A stretch of DNA of 64,000 bases, taken from contig JAKMXF010000111.1 in the NCBI GenBank assembly GCA_024704765.1, forward strand, positions 359,113 to 423,112. Reading direction: 5' to 3'. Positions 24,161 to 38,000 of the stretch are shown here, in pieces. How positions within the stretch are numbered: the stretch's first letter is position 1; every line of letters starts with the position of its first letter. Source of the stretch: Oopsacas minuta (taxonomy: Eukaryota; Animalia; Porifera). The notes under the pieces are model-generated. The model saw only the letters and a list, made by a program, of their open reading frames with translations. It was not told where the DNA came from and ran no database searches. Position numbers and translations under genes: made by a program.

Positions 24161-27100
24161 TATTCACAAATAACAAATTGTCTCTAATTCTACTGTGGAT
24201 TAATACAATTACTGTGTTACATATGTTGGACACAATTGCATTGTATGAACAACTTTCGAAAGAATTGCTCCAAGATTCTATAGTATTGTTTCCTGTGCGT
24301 TTGATTTCGCTAATCCGAACGAATTATATTCTAATCAGAACAGTGCTGTTCGTATTAGCGAGGATGTACCTTACTAAAACGCAATCTATCTGTATGTATA
24401 TCAAATCAATATTTTTCAATCTCTATTGTGTTTTTGTTTGTCTGTTTGTTTGCTTGTCCGTTGTCAAGGAAATATTTACGGTATGCAATTTTGAAATTGT
24501 AACTATGTATTTATCATGTTTATCCAAGACTCTTTCCAAGACTTTCTCTCAGAAAAACTGATAACTTACCGTCCGTTGTCAAAATGTATGAAAGTCATAA
24601 TTGAACCGACCAAGACAAGGGAAGAGTTGAAAACTTTTAGATAATTTTGTGAAAGATTTTTCTCTCACAAAAGAGAAGAGAGAAGATCTTCTTCACCAAT
24701 TTTCAGTTGTCTACCCAGAGATTTACTCGCAGAACTTATCTCCAATTGCTTTTGAGTAAACTCGTTTGTAACTACAAGTTTAGTTGATTACTAACTCTTT
24801 GAACTTTATTGTTTTTGTTTTCTTCAGCAGAAATATTCCAAACTCATCATACTAAACTAAAATGAACTGACAATAGCTCTTATCAGTTTATACCGGAGCC
24901 AGTCAACTAGTATCTATTTTACAATCGATATTGTCTTAAGAGTGTTTCTTATTGTTTGTGGACCCAGTCATTTCTTGTATTAGTTATACACCAGCTCTAG
25001 CTGGTGACCAGAGGATTTTAAGCTCCCCGATTTAGAGTTGATATGATGTACGAGTTGATGTTAGGTAGTTGTTTGGCAATTGTTTATACCATAAATCTTT
25101 AAATTGGTAAAATCAGATATCTGAAAGCTCTTCTATAATTAGAGAAATGTAATTCTATCTAATAACAATTGTCTGCCTATTTAGATTATCAAATAATACA
25201 CTCTTTATTTGTTTAATTGTATATTATTTCTAGTTAAAATTCGACGTTTGAGTCAAGAGTTATGGCGACACGAGTATCAGCAGTAGGAGAACTGATATGT
25301 GTGGATGAGTTAGAGAGGAATCTAACAGATCTGACTAAACACGTGCAGATAGAGAAAGAGAAAGTGAGTAGTAACTTCCAGCAGTTACACAGTCTGTTGG
25401 TAGTGAGGGAGCACAGTCTGTTGAAAGAGATGGATGAAGTTGTTATGAGAGCGAGACAAGAGTTCAATGAGAAGAGAGAACTCCTCCAGGAACTGTACAC
25501 AGCCAGAGAAGACGTAGGGAGAGACTTGACAAAGAACAAATTGAGAAAAGTACTCGAGAAGAATCTACGGACGCTAGAAGATGAGATCAGAGAGAAGATA
25601 GCAAAGGGTGCGAATGTGGGGTGGGTTGAGTTGGACTGGAAGATGGAACAGCTGGAACAATCAGTGATTGATGTGTGTAAGGTTGTGGTACAGAAGGAGA
25701 GACCTAGAGTCCCAGTTGATTATTCTGTGAAATTGTGGCCTGTCCGGTCCCGAGAAGGAACAGGTTCTGCTGAGATTGCTAATCCCAGGCAAATAGCAAT
25801 TGACAACAAAACACAGAATATATTTGTTGCTGATTTTGATGCTAACATAATACAAGTATTCAATGGAGAAGGTAACCATCTCTACAAAATACCAACGCCT
25901 CAATTGCCAGTTGGAATAGCTCTAATGAATGAATTCATTTTCGTATCTACTGAAGACGAGCTAGTAAAGATAGAAAAGTCAAGCAATGATTCTATCAAAT
26001 CGATTAAAACAGAAAGAAGAGTCTGGGGAATTGACATTGGTAGAAACATGAAAGTTTATGGATGTGAGCTCAGACACAAATCAGTAATTGTGTTTGATAA
26101 AGATCTCAAATTCCTGGAAACCATCAAACTCAAAACTACTCAAGTTGAATCCAACACACATACAGATAGCATGAAACTGTACAAGGATAACATGTATGTC
26201 ATGTTTGGTTACCATCCTCCTTTCCATCTTCAAATATTCTCTCTAGAAGGAGAGCTAGTGAGGTGTTTGATAGAAGAAAGTGAGATACGTTGGAGTGATT
26301 TCTTCTCAATTGATCAACTGGGAAATATTATCGTAGCGGATTGGGGAAGAGATCAAATCAAGATATTCTCCGATAAAGGAGAAGTCCTACACACTATCAG
26401 TAGTGATATGCTGCCAGGAGATCAGAGGTTATATCGTCCCTATGGAGTAGCTATTAACAAGAAGAAGAGAATTGTCGTAGCTCAAGTGGACAAGAAATTT
26501 AATCTCCTAGCTTTCTGAATACTCCAATTATTTCTATTGCGTCTTGTATTAGTGTCATAGCATACTATACTATACTGTAATTTGTTAATATTCATTTAGT
26601 TATCTTGTCATTAGCTTTAACAAAATATATTAATTAACGTAATTGAATGAGCCATAATTGTAACTAAGAATAACTTACAGCTAACAGCCTAAATCAAGTA
26701 TAAGCTCTGTAACCTGATCACTTTGTTAGAACTCTTAAATTATAATGAATAAACCCAACTGTATCTGTCCTCGTGTTTATCTCGCATATTTCTCGATATC
26801 TCTCTTCCTATTTCTATTTATAAGAATCGACTTATCAGTCACAACAGGCCTATTCATTGTCCATTATATCCATGAGGTAAATATCTATGATGAATCTCTA
26901 TTCCATTGGTATAGTATAGGATCTGCTTGTATAGATGTATGGCTAACTTCTCTATTGAAAATAGCTATCTTTGGAGCAATTTTACTTTCGTTGTGTGTAA
27001 AAAAGATGTTTCGTTTCTTAGAGTTAAGAGTATTAAGGGAATTTATACTGCTTCGTTTTGATACTGGATTTATGGCTTTTCGCTATTGGTGAGTTTTGAA

Positions 27101-27176
27101 TTCTATTCAGATGATTCTATTATATCACCAACGACAGCCATGTAATAAAACAAATAATAACAACAACAAATCGACT
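24161..27176. repeat. Right arm of the inverted segmental duplication (partner 5156-8316)
   Basis: Reverse-complement match to 5156-8316. Confidence 0.92.
25262..26518 (+). CDS. Intronless coiled-coil + NHL-repeat protein, copy 2
   Basis: 418-aa ORF colinear with copy 1. I count about 72 amino-acid differences (about 83% identity). Confidence 0.9.
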   Translation: MATRVSAVGELICVDELERNLTDLTKHVQIEKEKVSSNFQQLHSLLVVREHSLLKEMDEVVMRARQEFNEKRELLQELYTAREDVGRDLTKNKLRKVLEKNLRTLEDEIREKIAKGANVGWVELDWKMEQLEQSVIDVCKVVVQKERPRVPVDYSVKLWPVRSREGTGSAEIANPRQIAIDNKTQNIFVADFDANIIQVFNGEGNHLYKIPTPQLPVGIALMNEFIFVSTEDELVKIEKSSNDSIKSIKTERRVWGIDIGRNMKVYGCELRHKSVIVFDKDLKFLETIKLKTTQVESNTHTDSMKLYKDNMYVMFGYHPPFHLQIFSLEGELVRCLIEESEIRWSDFFSIDQLGNIIVADWGRDQIKIFSDKGEVLHTISSDMLPGDQRLYRPYGVAINKKKRIVVAQVDKKFNLLAF

Positions 27177-27318
27177 ATTCATCTTATATTTTGGACATTA
27201 TTGTGCTGGAATGTGTTAACAGATATTGTGTACTTCTGTATGTTGTATTGTATAGTGCATCTTGAACCCGGTCAATAGGCTTTCATAGGAGAAATAGCTT
27301 AAATAGGTTAGTTAATAT

Positions 27319-27737
27319 TAGGGCATTAGTATCGCGCGATCATTGATCACACGATCACGATCTGTTTTTGACGATTGAAGGATGATCGCCGGTCATTTTA
27401 TAAACAGTCATTGAGTGTGTGATCGCGAAAAATTTTCGATCATATTCTCGATCTTTTAGCCAGACAGGATTTGAAAATTTGCGAATCTAGACCCCAAATG
27501 TATGTACTAATTTTCATGACAAACCGACAGATAGATTACGCATGGCCGCCCGGACGGACTGACTGACGCAGGTAGCATCTTCCTATATGAGGTGCTGATA
27601 AATTTCAGAAATGTGATCGGACAAATGATCGTGATTGTGATTGCGATCCTTTTTGGTGCAAGGATCGGAATCATGACCTCCGATCATGTTTTATTGAACG
27701 ATCGCGATCATGAATTTGGCGATCAACTAACACCCTT
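27319..27737. mobile_element. hAT-type MITE, GATC-rich
   Basis: Perfect 8-bp TSD GTTAATAT (27311-27318 / 27738-27745); imperfect TIRs TAGGGCATTAGT / ACTAACACCCTT. Confidence 0.75.
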
Positions 27738-27899
27738 GTTAATATCAATGATAGTTCTTTGGGGGGAAACTGGGACGCTACTGAGAGAAGAACCTGTTAA
27801 AGAAGAGCCAGAAACTGAAGATAAAAGGATGAGAATGTTACTGGGATGCTCAAGGGTTTGTTATGATAATATGTAGAGTAGAGTTCGCCTATTAGCAAA

Positions 27900-29420
27900 T
27901 AGTACTTGTAAGAATTTCCCTTGCTATTAGAGGAATTATTTCCAATAGAAAATGGATTCTAATTCCCTGAAAAAACTTGTTACTAAGCGGACACCACTAC
28001 AGTTACTCCTATACTCCTACTGTTACACCATAATATATTTAGGAACTATTCTATTGCTATCATTCTGCAGACCATTTATTCAATATTTACTGCTTGCATT
28101 CGCATTCTTATTAATTGGAGCTCTAAGCAACACATCCATTTTATTTGGAACAGGTTATGAATCACATTGTAGTTACAGCTGACATAAGTAGTTTCTACCA
28201 TTCACTGATCATTCTATTATCATACAAGTTATACTGTAAATGAAATAATACAGAAACAAATTGAAACAGAATACAGTGGAACTTCATTTATACGAACACC
28301 AGCGGACGGTTAAAATTAGTTTGCCTTATCCAGAGTTCGTATTTACTAGAGTAATCATAATAGAATAGCGATTGCAGGGAACTCATTTTGTGTGAATATT
28401 GATTTCTTTAGACTTAAGAAAAAGATAGGGAGGAGTTTGAAGTCATTGATTTTGTGGAGGTAAATACTGTTGTGCTGATAATGGGTGTACCTGAATAAAA
28501 TAGCTTTACTCTTGAGTTTTTGGCTTACCTGTGGTGGTTGGATGTATTCAAGTACTGTAGTGTATATTTGTTCAGCTCCACCGCTTTTGATATGACATCT
28601 ATATGATCCTTACACATTAACTGACAATTCGCTGATTCCATTTTCGCTAGAATCGGCATTCCTAGAGTTTTATACATTGCCTCCTTTAGCTTTCTAGTCA
28701 CATGAGACTGTTCTATTATTATGAGACTATGTATCAGTTCTACAGGCTAGATATATTGATGAGGATGTCGTTGGTGATGGATTGATATTGTCCATTCTCT
28801 CTCATAGCAAATGCACTACCTATGAAGAAAATAACTTAAGCTAGAGTCCTAATTAGCTATTTCTAAATTAGTTTTGTGTACATATATAATTATCTAGTTA
28901 TTAACAGTATGATAAATCATCGAAATGTTCATGACATTACTTACCTGGTTTTCTACAAATAGGTTCTCTGTTACTACTAGAATGGGTAGAAACCCATACA
29001 AAATAACCATTAATTGCAATACAACCTTCAGGAGCATTTATTATAAGCTCCTGAGTATATGTTACTGGATAACCATCTTCCCTATTTGATAATTCATTGT
29101 AACTCGAATAATTCAATCCAATCCACACAGGTGTATCCAATGAATTACCAGGATAATTCGCTACAAGATCTGTAACATTCATTCTCATTTTCTGAATTTA
29201 TACTTGTTAAATTTCCTCCTCTTGTAATGCAATTTTGTCCAGAATTCTCCCAACAAATATAAGGCTCCTAGATATAACTAATACACTATTGTTGAAGAAT
29301 ACATCACAATCTGTTCCAAAATCTAATAACAAACAAAGATATATCCATTGTAGAAATTTAAAATCTCTCCAAGATCTAGTAACACATTCATAATCTGAGT
29401 AATCTCTGATAAAGCAAATT
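27900..29420 (-). pseudogene. Decayed C-type lectin / Ig-like receptor relic (gene C)
   Basis: Frameshifted CTLD exon (DCDVFFNN..., CITRGGNLTSI, PVWIGLN, CIAING, ICRKP|gtaag at about 28945) and an Ig exon at about 28540-28820 (ENGISELSVN*GSYRCHI) with stops. Confidence 0.6.
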
Positions 29421-29478
29421 GTCAAAGTTTATTCTATAATAGTGATAAACACACATACTTGTTCAATATACACGAATA

Positions 29479-29549
29479 CAGTGGATGCCGATTATATGAA
29501 CTTCGTTCGGAGTAGTAATACATGTTCATATAACGGCACGCACCCACTG
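29479..29549. mobile_element. Tiny Tc1/mariner-type MITE (~70 bp)
   Basis: TA|CAGTGGATGCCGATTATATGAAC ... GTTCATATAACGGCACGCACCCACTG|TA. Confidence 0.6.
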
Positions 29550-32072
29550 TATGGTTGCTCACATACTATATTTGTAGTTGATTGAAGAATACTTAAATTA
29601 TAGCATATCAAAAGATTGAGAGGAAGTTATATCACAAAATATCCCAAAGATAACAATAAGCTTAATTGCATACCCAAACAACATATTATAGATTCAGTAA
29701 ATATTCCCCTACAAACTAATCACTAAATTTATATATAATTATTACATGCTATGTTAAAACTAAGGAAATATTATCATAATTCTGATGGTTGTAACTCGAT
29801 ATATTATTGCCTACACATTAGAGGCAGCTTGGTATTTTATGTTTGTGATGTAATCATATTAAATATTTCTTTGATAATTTTCATATCCAACCTTTATTGA
29901 ACAACTTGGTTCTTCAAACTGAGGTACACTATTGTACTTTGCTTGTTTGTCATCTTTGCCGATTCATATACCACATTTACTCAAATAGTAGCCCCTCCTC
30001 GTACAATCATCATAATCGCGCGCTACATTTGGGTGACTGCGTACACAATCATTGCTGTGATAAATCTGACTCCATAGCATTTAAACTACGATAGACTAAC
30101 ATAATGACTTTCATATTAATCATATACACTGGCTAGCTTGATACTAGAATCTCATAAATGTAACCTAAAACTCTTCATTATCTTCTCTAATTCATAATTG
30201 CATGATTTATATTGCCACGTTACAAAAAAAAGGAATATTCCCTATCCTATAGGAAAAACAATAATTATGAACCTGTTATCCATTTCCTATAATCGCATTT
30301 ACGTTTCCATATTTTCTATTCATGGTTGTGTGGGCCCGATTATGCACTATTTTTGGACACTTTGTAAAAGTCCACCCATATGGTAACACATTAGTAGGTT
30401 ATCATTGCATCATTAAGCTCCGCTAACGTACGTAAATACAAATTGATGATGCAATTATTAGCAATTATTGAACAATCTTTTCATGATAATTTTAGGTAAC
30501 ATACACTTAGCTATGAATTTCTTAATTAGAAATTCATTGTTCGTCTTATCTGGAAATTCATAGTAACCATGTTTGTATTAACGAGATTCCACTGTATTTC
30601 TCAAATCCTGCAAAATCTAGTAAGCAAGTATAATATGAAACTGATTCGCATACAAACAATCATAATTATCATTGAACATGTCTCATTGTCTATTAGAACA
30701 CAGAATATACAACTAGTAATATATGTATATACGAATATGTATAACAATGAATACAGGAAACTTAATAGAAAAATATTCACAAAATGTCAAAACATCACGA
30801 TGTAAATTAGAGATGAATAGAACAATATTCATTAAGGAGAGAATAGCAAGTTGTATAACACGCCTATAAGAGGAATAGATAATAGAAATATTGTGTGAAG
30901 AATTGGTATAAGAGTGTTATAGATGGACTCACGTTCTGCCGAAATTATAATTACTTATCGAATTGAATATGGAAACATTAAAACTAGTCACACAAAATAA
31001 TACTAGATAATTGAGCTGTTAAAAGTGATAACATTGGTAAGCTTGAAGGGGAAGGTTTACCCTGCATTTCCACAGTTTTCTCGTTTACCCTCCAAAAGTG
31101 ATGTCGTTGCATTTTTTGATAGTCCTCTATCTTACGAATACGTGGAAAAATTTAGAGCTCTATCATAAATCCTCCCGAAATATTTGGGATTATCGCTACA
31201 TGCCCTAATTTTGTCATCAAACCACCCAACCATAAGTGCAAAGTACACCCCAATAGACACATTTTAGTAAAATTGATGCTATACCAATTATTGCATAAAT
31301 ACGTAGTATCTATATATGTATATAACATGTATGTATTCATTTCATAGCCCTATATGGAAATCTTTTATTTGCAAACAGTGGCATTTTTCATGGGAGTAAG
31401 TGGTGTTTCTTCTTCCTCGATTTTCCAAAAACGTTTTCAGCCGCAATTTTCGCCTAGCTAAAACTACCAGACTAGGCCAGTTGGCCTCTATGTCAGATAG
31501 ATTCTAAAACTCAACCGTTTTGAATAACCTGTATGAAAATTGTCTCACTTCTTTATCAAAAAACACAATTTGAGAAAATTTCACGAATTTGATGAATTTT
31601 GTGTATCCGTGTCAAACCAACAACCCAACCATAATTGACCAAAATAATGATATATGTTGTATAATGAATTCTAATCGAGAAATTTTGTCTACAATGGATC
31701 TGGAAATTTTTTAAGATAATTCGAGGAATATAGACAGCCAGTTTCTCAAAGAACAATTGAAGGAATTGGATATAGAAAATTTGCACAGTTTTTACTCATA
31801 TTGTTACGGGCAAATATTATCGTATTTTGGAATCTACACAGCTGTCCAGATTCGAAGTAAAACTTCCATAAAATCGGATAACTGAAACAAGTATAAGTAC
31901 TCTAGGGTATACTTTCCCTTTGAACAGAAAGGTATAGTAATAATCATTGAATTGCGATTACTAAAATAGATATCAATTTGAAAATATTAATAAGTAATTT
32001 AGATTGGAAACTGATACCAAGAATCCGAAAAATATTTTCAGAAATTTGAAATATTTACGTAGCAGTAGGAAG

Positions 32073-35000
32073 TCATTGAGATATATCGTCAATACAATAT
32101 ATTTTCTTATAAACGAGGACAGGAATGTATATGACAGTTAGAAAATACTTACCAAGGTAGGAACCATGTTCATTCTCTGTCTACGCGAGTTCTTAACAGC
32201 ATTGAAGATATTGATAGATTTTCTTATGTTAAGTTCTCTGATAGAATTCAGCACTGTTATTATAATGCCAGTCTTAGAGATACCATCTTCACAATGTATT
32301 ATTATAGGAACATTATTTGAGTCTTGTTTCTGTTTCATAATTCTGATCAAAAGTATATCAGCTAAAGCCATTTCAAGTACAGTACCATCTTCATTCCATA
32401 TTGGAGATATACACTGAGTAAATGAGTGTTCCTTTCCTACTAAAGTATTCTTCAAAGAGATTTCCTGTTTCACAAATGCATTGGTTTCAGTAGAATTGAT
32501 CAAAGTAGAAACAAAAGGTTCACAATTGATAGGTTCATCCTTCTTAGGCCAGTAACAGACACGATTAGATATTCCACTGAGTATCTTAGCTTTCTCCTCT
32601 CTCGTAGTCAGCATTATCACCATACTAGCTTCTGTTTGATAGATCATTTGTAGGAAATCTAGATGTGTCTCTTTAGTTGGATTGATGGTAGCAATGAATT
32701 GATAATCATTAATATAGCTAGCATTGATATAATTACAGTCAAAATGTGGAGAATCTAATACAACTCTGTTTTCATCAAATGGTAGAATGTTTTTGAATGG
32801 ATTTTTCTGCAAACTTTCCTCTTTCAGTGCATTGTCACTCTCTAGTACAACAGTCTTCTTGGATTCTTCGTTTAACTTTTGAAATTCTACAGAAAGTGAT
32901 GAATCTTCTCCAATTCCAGATTCTACATACTGTTGATATTTGATAGGGAAATCTTTCATAGGTATGAATTTAGCAGTGAATTTCTTGTTTTCTATTATAG
33001 GACTCATTGGTGTGTATTTCTCATAATTCTTCATTTCGCTATTACCACTTTGCTCTGTTTCATTAACTATTTCGTGTGGAATATTTGAAAAATATGCAAA
33101 ACCACGTTCATTGGGGTTAATTGTTTCGTCCAGGGTTGTCAATGATGTCTCATTTGTTATCACATACTCACGATTTGGATATGTTGAGAGATCTATGTAC
33201 TCTTTAGTTTGTTGATTGGCTTCAGGTTGATTTTCATAACTAGGATAACCTCCTCTACCTCCTATATTGGAGTAAGTGGGATTAGAATGTTCAGACAGTT
33301 TGGCTTTATTAGATTGCCTTCTAATCTTTACGCATAATAAGATGAATATTGGAGTTAGAATAATTGTCGCTACAATTATTGCCATAATCAATAACACATT
33401 TATTATTACTATGGTTATCAAAGGAATGTTTGTTACTGCTTCTGTAGGATTTGTTGGAGTTGTCACAAGTTGTATAGAAATATGAGCCGTAGTGTACTTC
33501 ACACCATAACTTGTAGAACGAATAAGTGATATGTTTTCACTAAACGTTAATTGAGGAATAATATACGTAGATTTGATCATTGTATCTTCTTGATTTGAAA
33601 TCATCCATTCACATTCAGGTAGACTGCAGGTTAGCGTAATGTCTTTTGTTCCTTGAAGTATACTGATTACTTGTGGAGATGGAAACATTAGATTATTCAC
33701 ATCACTGAATGACATATTGTATCCTTCATAGCTGACAGTTATTGTAGCAGTATCTAGAAATTATGTAAAAGAAACCTCAACATATAAGCTATAGAGATAC
33801 ACATTTTGTTGCTATGTGTGGATCTCATACACATTTAACAACCAATTTACCTTTGAGAGCTAGTTGTATAGTACCTAACAGTGCAACAGGACTCATCCTG
33901 TAGAAACAACTGAATGTATGTAAACCAGCTCCCACGTCGTTGAATACTACAATCAGTAGAGCTGGATTTGGATACTCAGCACTATATGTCAAAATGTCAC
34001 CGTCTTCTACATTGTCTGTTGTCCAAAGGATCTCATTATCTGCGACCATATCATCAGAGTAATAGAGCATTGAGACAATTGAATCCCGAGTATAATCAAC
34101 TTCTTGAAAAGGGCCATCAAAGCTTGTTATCTCAACTAGAAATACAATTATCAAGTAATATCAATGAAGAAAGATGGTCTAACAGTCTATTACACAAGAG
34201 CTACCTAGGGAATCTGTATTCACTATAAAGAATGCGTATGCCATATCTGAACCAATTTCACAGCTGTAGTATCCAGGTTCATTAGAATTCACAATCAAAC
34301 TACTAATCCCAGTTTCAATAGAGAATGTTGATAATGAAGTTTTGTCTATTTTCATACCATCCTTTGTAGCCATAAAATACCACGCTACACTATCTCCTAT
34401 ATTCGAGATTGAACACTGTAACACCGTAGAGTCTTTTAGTAAAATTGTTGAATCGTTTGAGATTGAATCAGTTGATGAAGTTGAAATTGGATTTGTCACA
34501 AAATAACCTAAAGTAATCTCGTGGTACAATATGTTTAAAACTCGGTTGAAAAAATATTTGTTTCAAACCAACCATTTCGGATTAATTCTGCCTGAATCGC
34601 AATCACTTCAATTCCATCCCAGTTCATGATATAGAATTGATACAGTCCAAAGAATTCATAATCAAGAGTTGCATAAGATATAGTTTGAGAAGAAGAATAT
34701 GTAATATCTGGAAGTTTCCATCTCCCTTGTAGATTTGTTGAGATAGAGAAATCTTCTATTCCAATCAGAAGTTCAAACATATTCGTGTCAGGGTATACAG
34801 TATTGAATGCTTGATCTGATGTAGATGTAGATACTGTAATTATTGGAGCTACAGAGAGAATTTGAATGTGAAATAACTGAAAAATACACTATAAAGCTAT
34901 GTAAATTGTGTAGTTCCCAAGATAAGAATTCCTCAAATTATACTAGAAAAGTACTTATTTCATAGTGTCTATATGCATTATCGCCAAATATGTATAGTTA

Positions 35001-38000
35001 AAATTGCACTTGTCTTCGTGGTTTGTTCAATAGGAATATACACTTACTATATATATTTACTGTATTCAACAGGATGATATTATCGTTACTATCACAAGTC
35101 AATTGATTACTCTGTTCAGGTGAGTCACTGCTCCATTCAAAGATATTTATAGGATTGTTCAATATGCTTCCATCTTCAATACTCCATATCAAGCTACTCA
35201 AGCTATAACTACTGTTCATAGGATCACAAAGCAGTAATACATTCTCTCTGTCTATACCTACTGTATATGTGTAAGTAGTTTCTGTTACGGCAACTAAAGG
35301 GAAAGAATACTAATAGATAACGATAGGCCATTATAACAATCTAGATTCCAAAGCGTCGTGCCAAAAGGTTCGAGAATTGTGAAAGTATGGGTTCCCTATA
35401 TATCTTCCAGACTCTTACCAACACTTCATAATCAATTCAATACTTTTATAACATATTTGATACCATGTTCCCCACCACTTACTTGTTGTAGTTTGATTGA
35501 ACAATCCAATTGTATAACTATTGATATCGTCTATTTGACACTGATAATATCCTTGTCTAGTATTATATATGTCTAACCAACTGATTCCAGTTTGTGTGCT
35601 ATTATTTGTGGTTGTAAGCTCTTCAATATTTGATAGATCTGAATTTTCTGAAAATTTCCATACAATAGCATTATCTTCGTCTCCTCCACAAGCTAATGTC
35701 AGTGATTGGTACAAGAATCTGTTTCCACTCATAGATTGAAAGTCTAAACCTTCATTGATAAGTTCACCAAAACTGGCACCTATATATGATCTACATGAAT
35801 ATTGTTCAGCTGAAAACCAACGAAATTGAATGATTATATACTGACCTGTTGTTATAATTGAAGATCTTTTGCATAGAAAAGTATTCCTTGTGATTCCACA
35901 GCTTACAGTCCCCCAACTACCCTCTCCAGCTCTTATTATGTCAACACAATCTTCGTTACTAATAGATGGTACCATGCCTGTCCAGTTTGTATGACTATAT
36001 ACTGAACCATCAGTCCAGGTATAACTTCCATCTCCATCTCTATCATTCAATCCTATCCAGCAATTACTCACTGTATCAGGGATAATAGTGTATAAGTAAT
36101 TATTCTCTCTCTCTGTAGTAATACTAGTCAAGTCGCCACCCCATACAGCACAACTAGATTGAGCATCTAACCAGTTGATTCCATCACTCACTTCAAATAA
36201 TCGATAGCAAAAGTCATCATAGATCAGATCACATCCTTGTGAGTTACCTATTCAAAAATGAAAATTTGAGAATACTTATTTCTAGTATATTCAATTATAT
36301 AAGAATGGAATTGAATTGATACTGTATGTCAGAGTTTCAACCTTGTAGTATGAATTATCTTGAAGTACTCAATTTCGGGTTGTATACTTTTATCTACTAT
36401 CACTCACCTTGTTTATTGCAAAAGTAACAGAGTCTAGTTAGTTGGCAACCTCTATTAATCCAACCGGTTGATAATACACATCCGACTTGGTATCTGAATC
36501 TAACACAGTCATATTCAGGATTCGAATCTGAGGGGCTTGATATTCCATAATCTGATTGAAAGTTCCTATAAGTACTGTTGCTACCATCTACCCATACAAA
36601 TTCACTAGTATCAGTACCGGCCTCTACATCTATATCATTTAGACCAATATAACATGAAAAAGTATCTAAATCTGTTATGCTATAGAACAATAAGCTGTCT
36701 TCTTCTGCTGACTTGATTGTAGCAAGGTTTCCTCCCCAGTTGATGCAATAAAGTTGAGCAGTTATCCAGTTGATCCCAGAAGAAATCGTAAAATATCTAA
36801 AAGTGTTACCATCTAATATAAATTCTTCTTCTGGATTCATTTCTAACAAACAAGATTATCATTGTTATTATTATATTAATACTCAAATTTTAATTTCCAC
36901 GAGTATAAATATTACACATATATCAAGTAATTATTACCTGTAATAGCTGGTGAAGAAGAAAGATTAACTTGTATAGCACACACATCAACTCCATCCCAGT
37001 TGTTAATATAGAATTTGTATAATCCAGTATTTCCTTCCATGAAATTATCAATTGTTGTAGTAGATCCAGTAGGATTTGTAACACCAAGAACAGTCCACTT
37101 TCCAACAATATTGGTAGAGAGAGTAATATCTTGTGTTGATAATGGAATAGCAATTTCATTCACAGCTGGACAGAGAGCTGTGAATTTACTAGCACTGATG
37201 CTACCAATTTGAATTGATATTTCTGGAACTAAAACAAAAACACAATATTATTATTGGTCTCCTGGAATCTACAATGTAACATGTGCAGATAGAGACCAAT
37301 ACGATCTTTCCGCATGATTTCATTCTAACGACCAGGCCATTATGTGGTCGCTACTAATATATCTCCCTGCATACTTCATATCAGATAATGAAACAACCAT
37401 AACTGATTAAATAGTTACCTTGTATGCTGATAAAGTTTGAAAATATAATATTTGAATCTCTCATACAATTTAAGCCAGTAGATTGTTCTGGTAAATTATT
37501 CCTCTCATTGTATATGTTGATAGGATTTAGGAAATCTCCACTACCTGTTAGAGACCACTTCAACATACTTAAATCACCACTGATCACAGGATCACATAAC
37601 AGTAATACATCCTCTCTGTCTACTCCTACTATATATACAAATGGAGTACCGTCAGATGCAACTAAATGGAACAATTTAATGTCAATAGATTAGTAAGTGG
37701 GACAATAATATATAGAAATATGTTGAAACACACAAAGATATACTCACCTGTTGTTAATGAATTATCATATAAACCAATCGTATAAGTTTCTGAATTGACT
37801 TGACACTGATAATATCCTTGTTTGGTAATATCAACTGTTAACCAGCTCCATCCTGCTTCTGTACTACTATATGTTGCTGTAAGTACTTCACTATCTGATA
37901 GATCTGAGTTTTCTGAAAATATCCATGTAATAGCTATATTTTCTTCTCCTCCATAAGCTAATGTATTTGAAATGAACAAAAATGTGTTTTCACTAATTGT

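Noticed and set aside
27592-27876. 94-aa ORF
   Set aside because: Overlaps a GATC-rich MITE and crosses its boundary; no recognisable motif.
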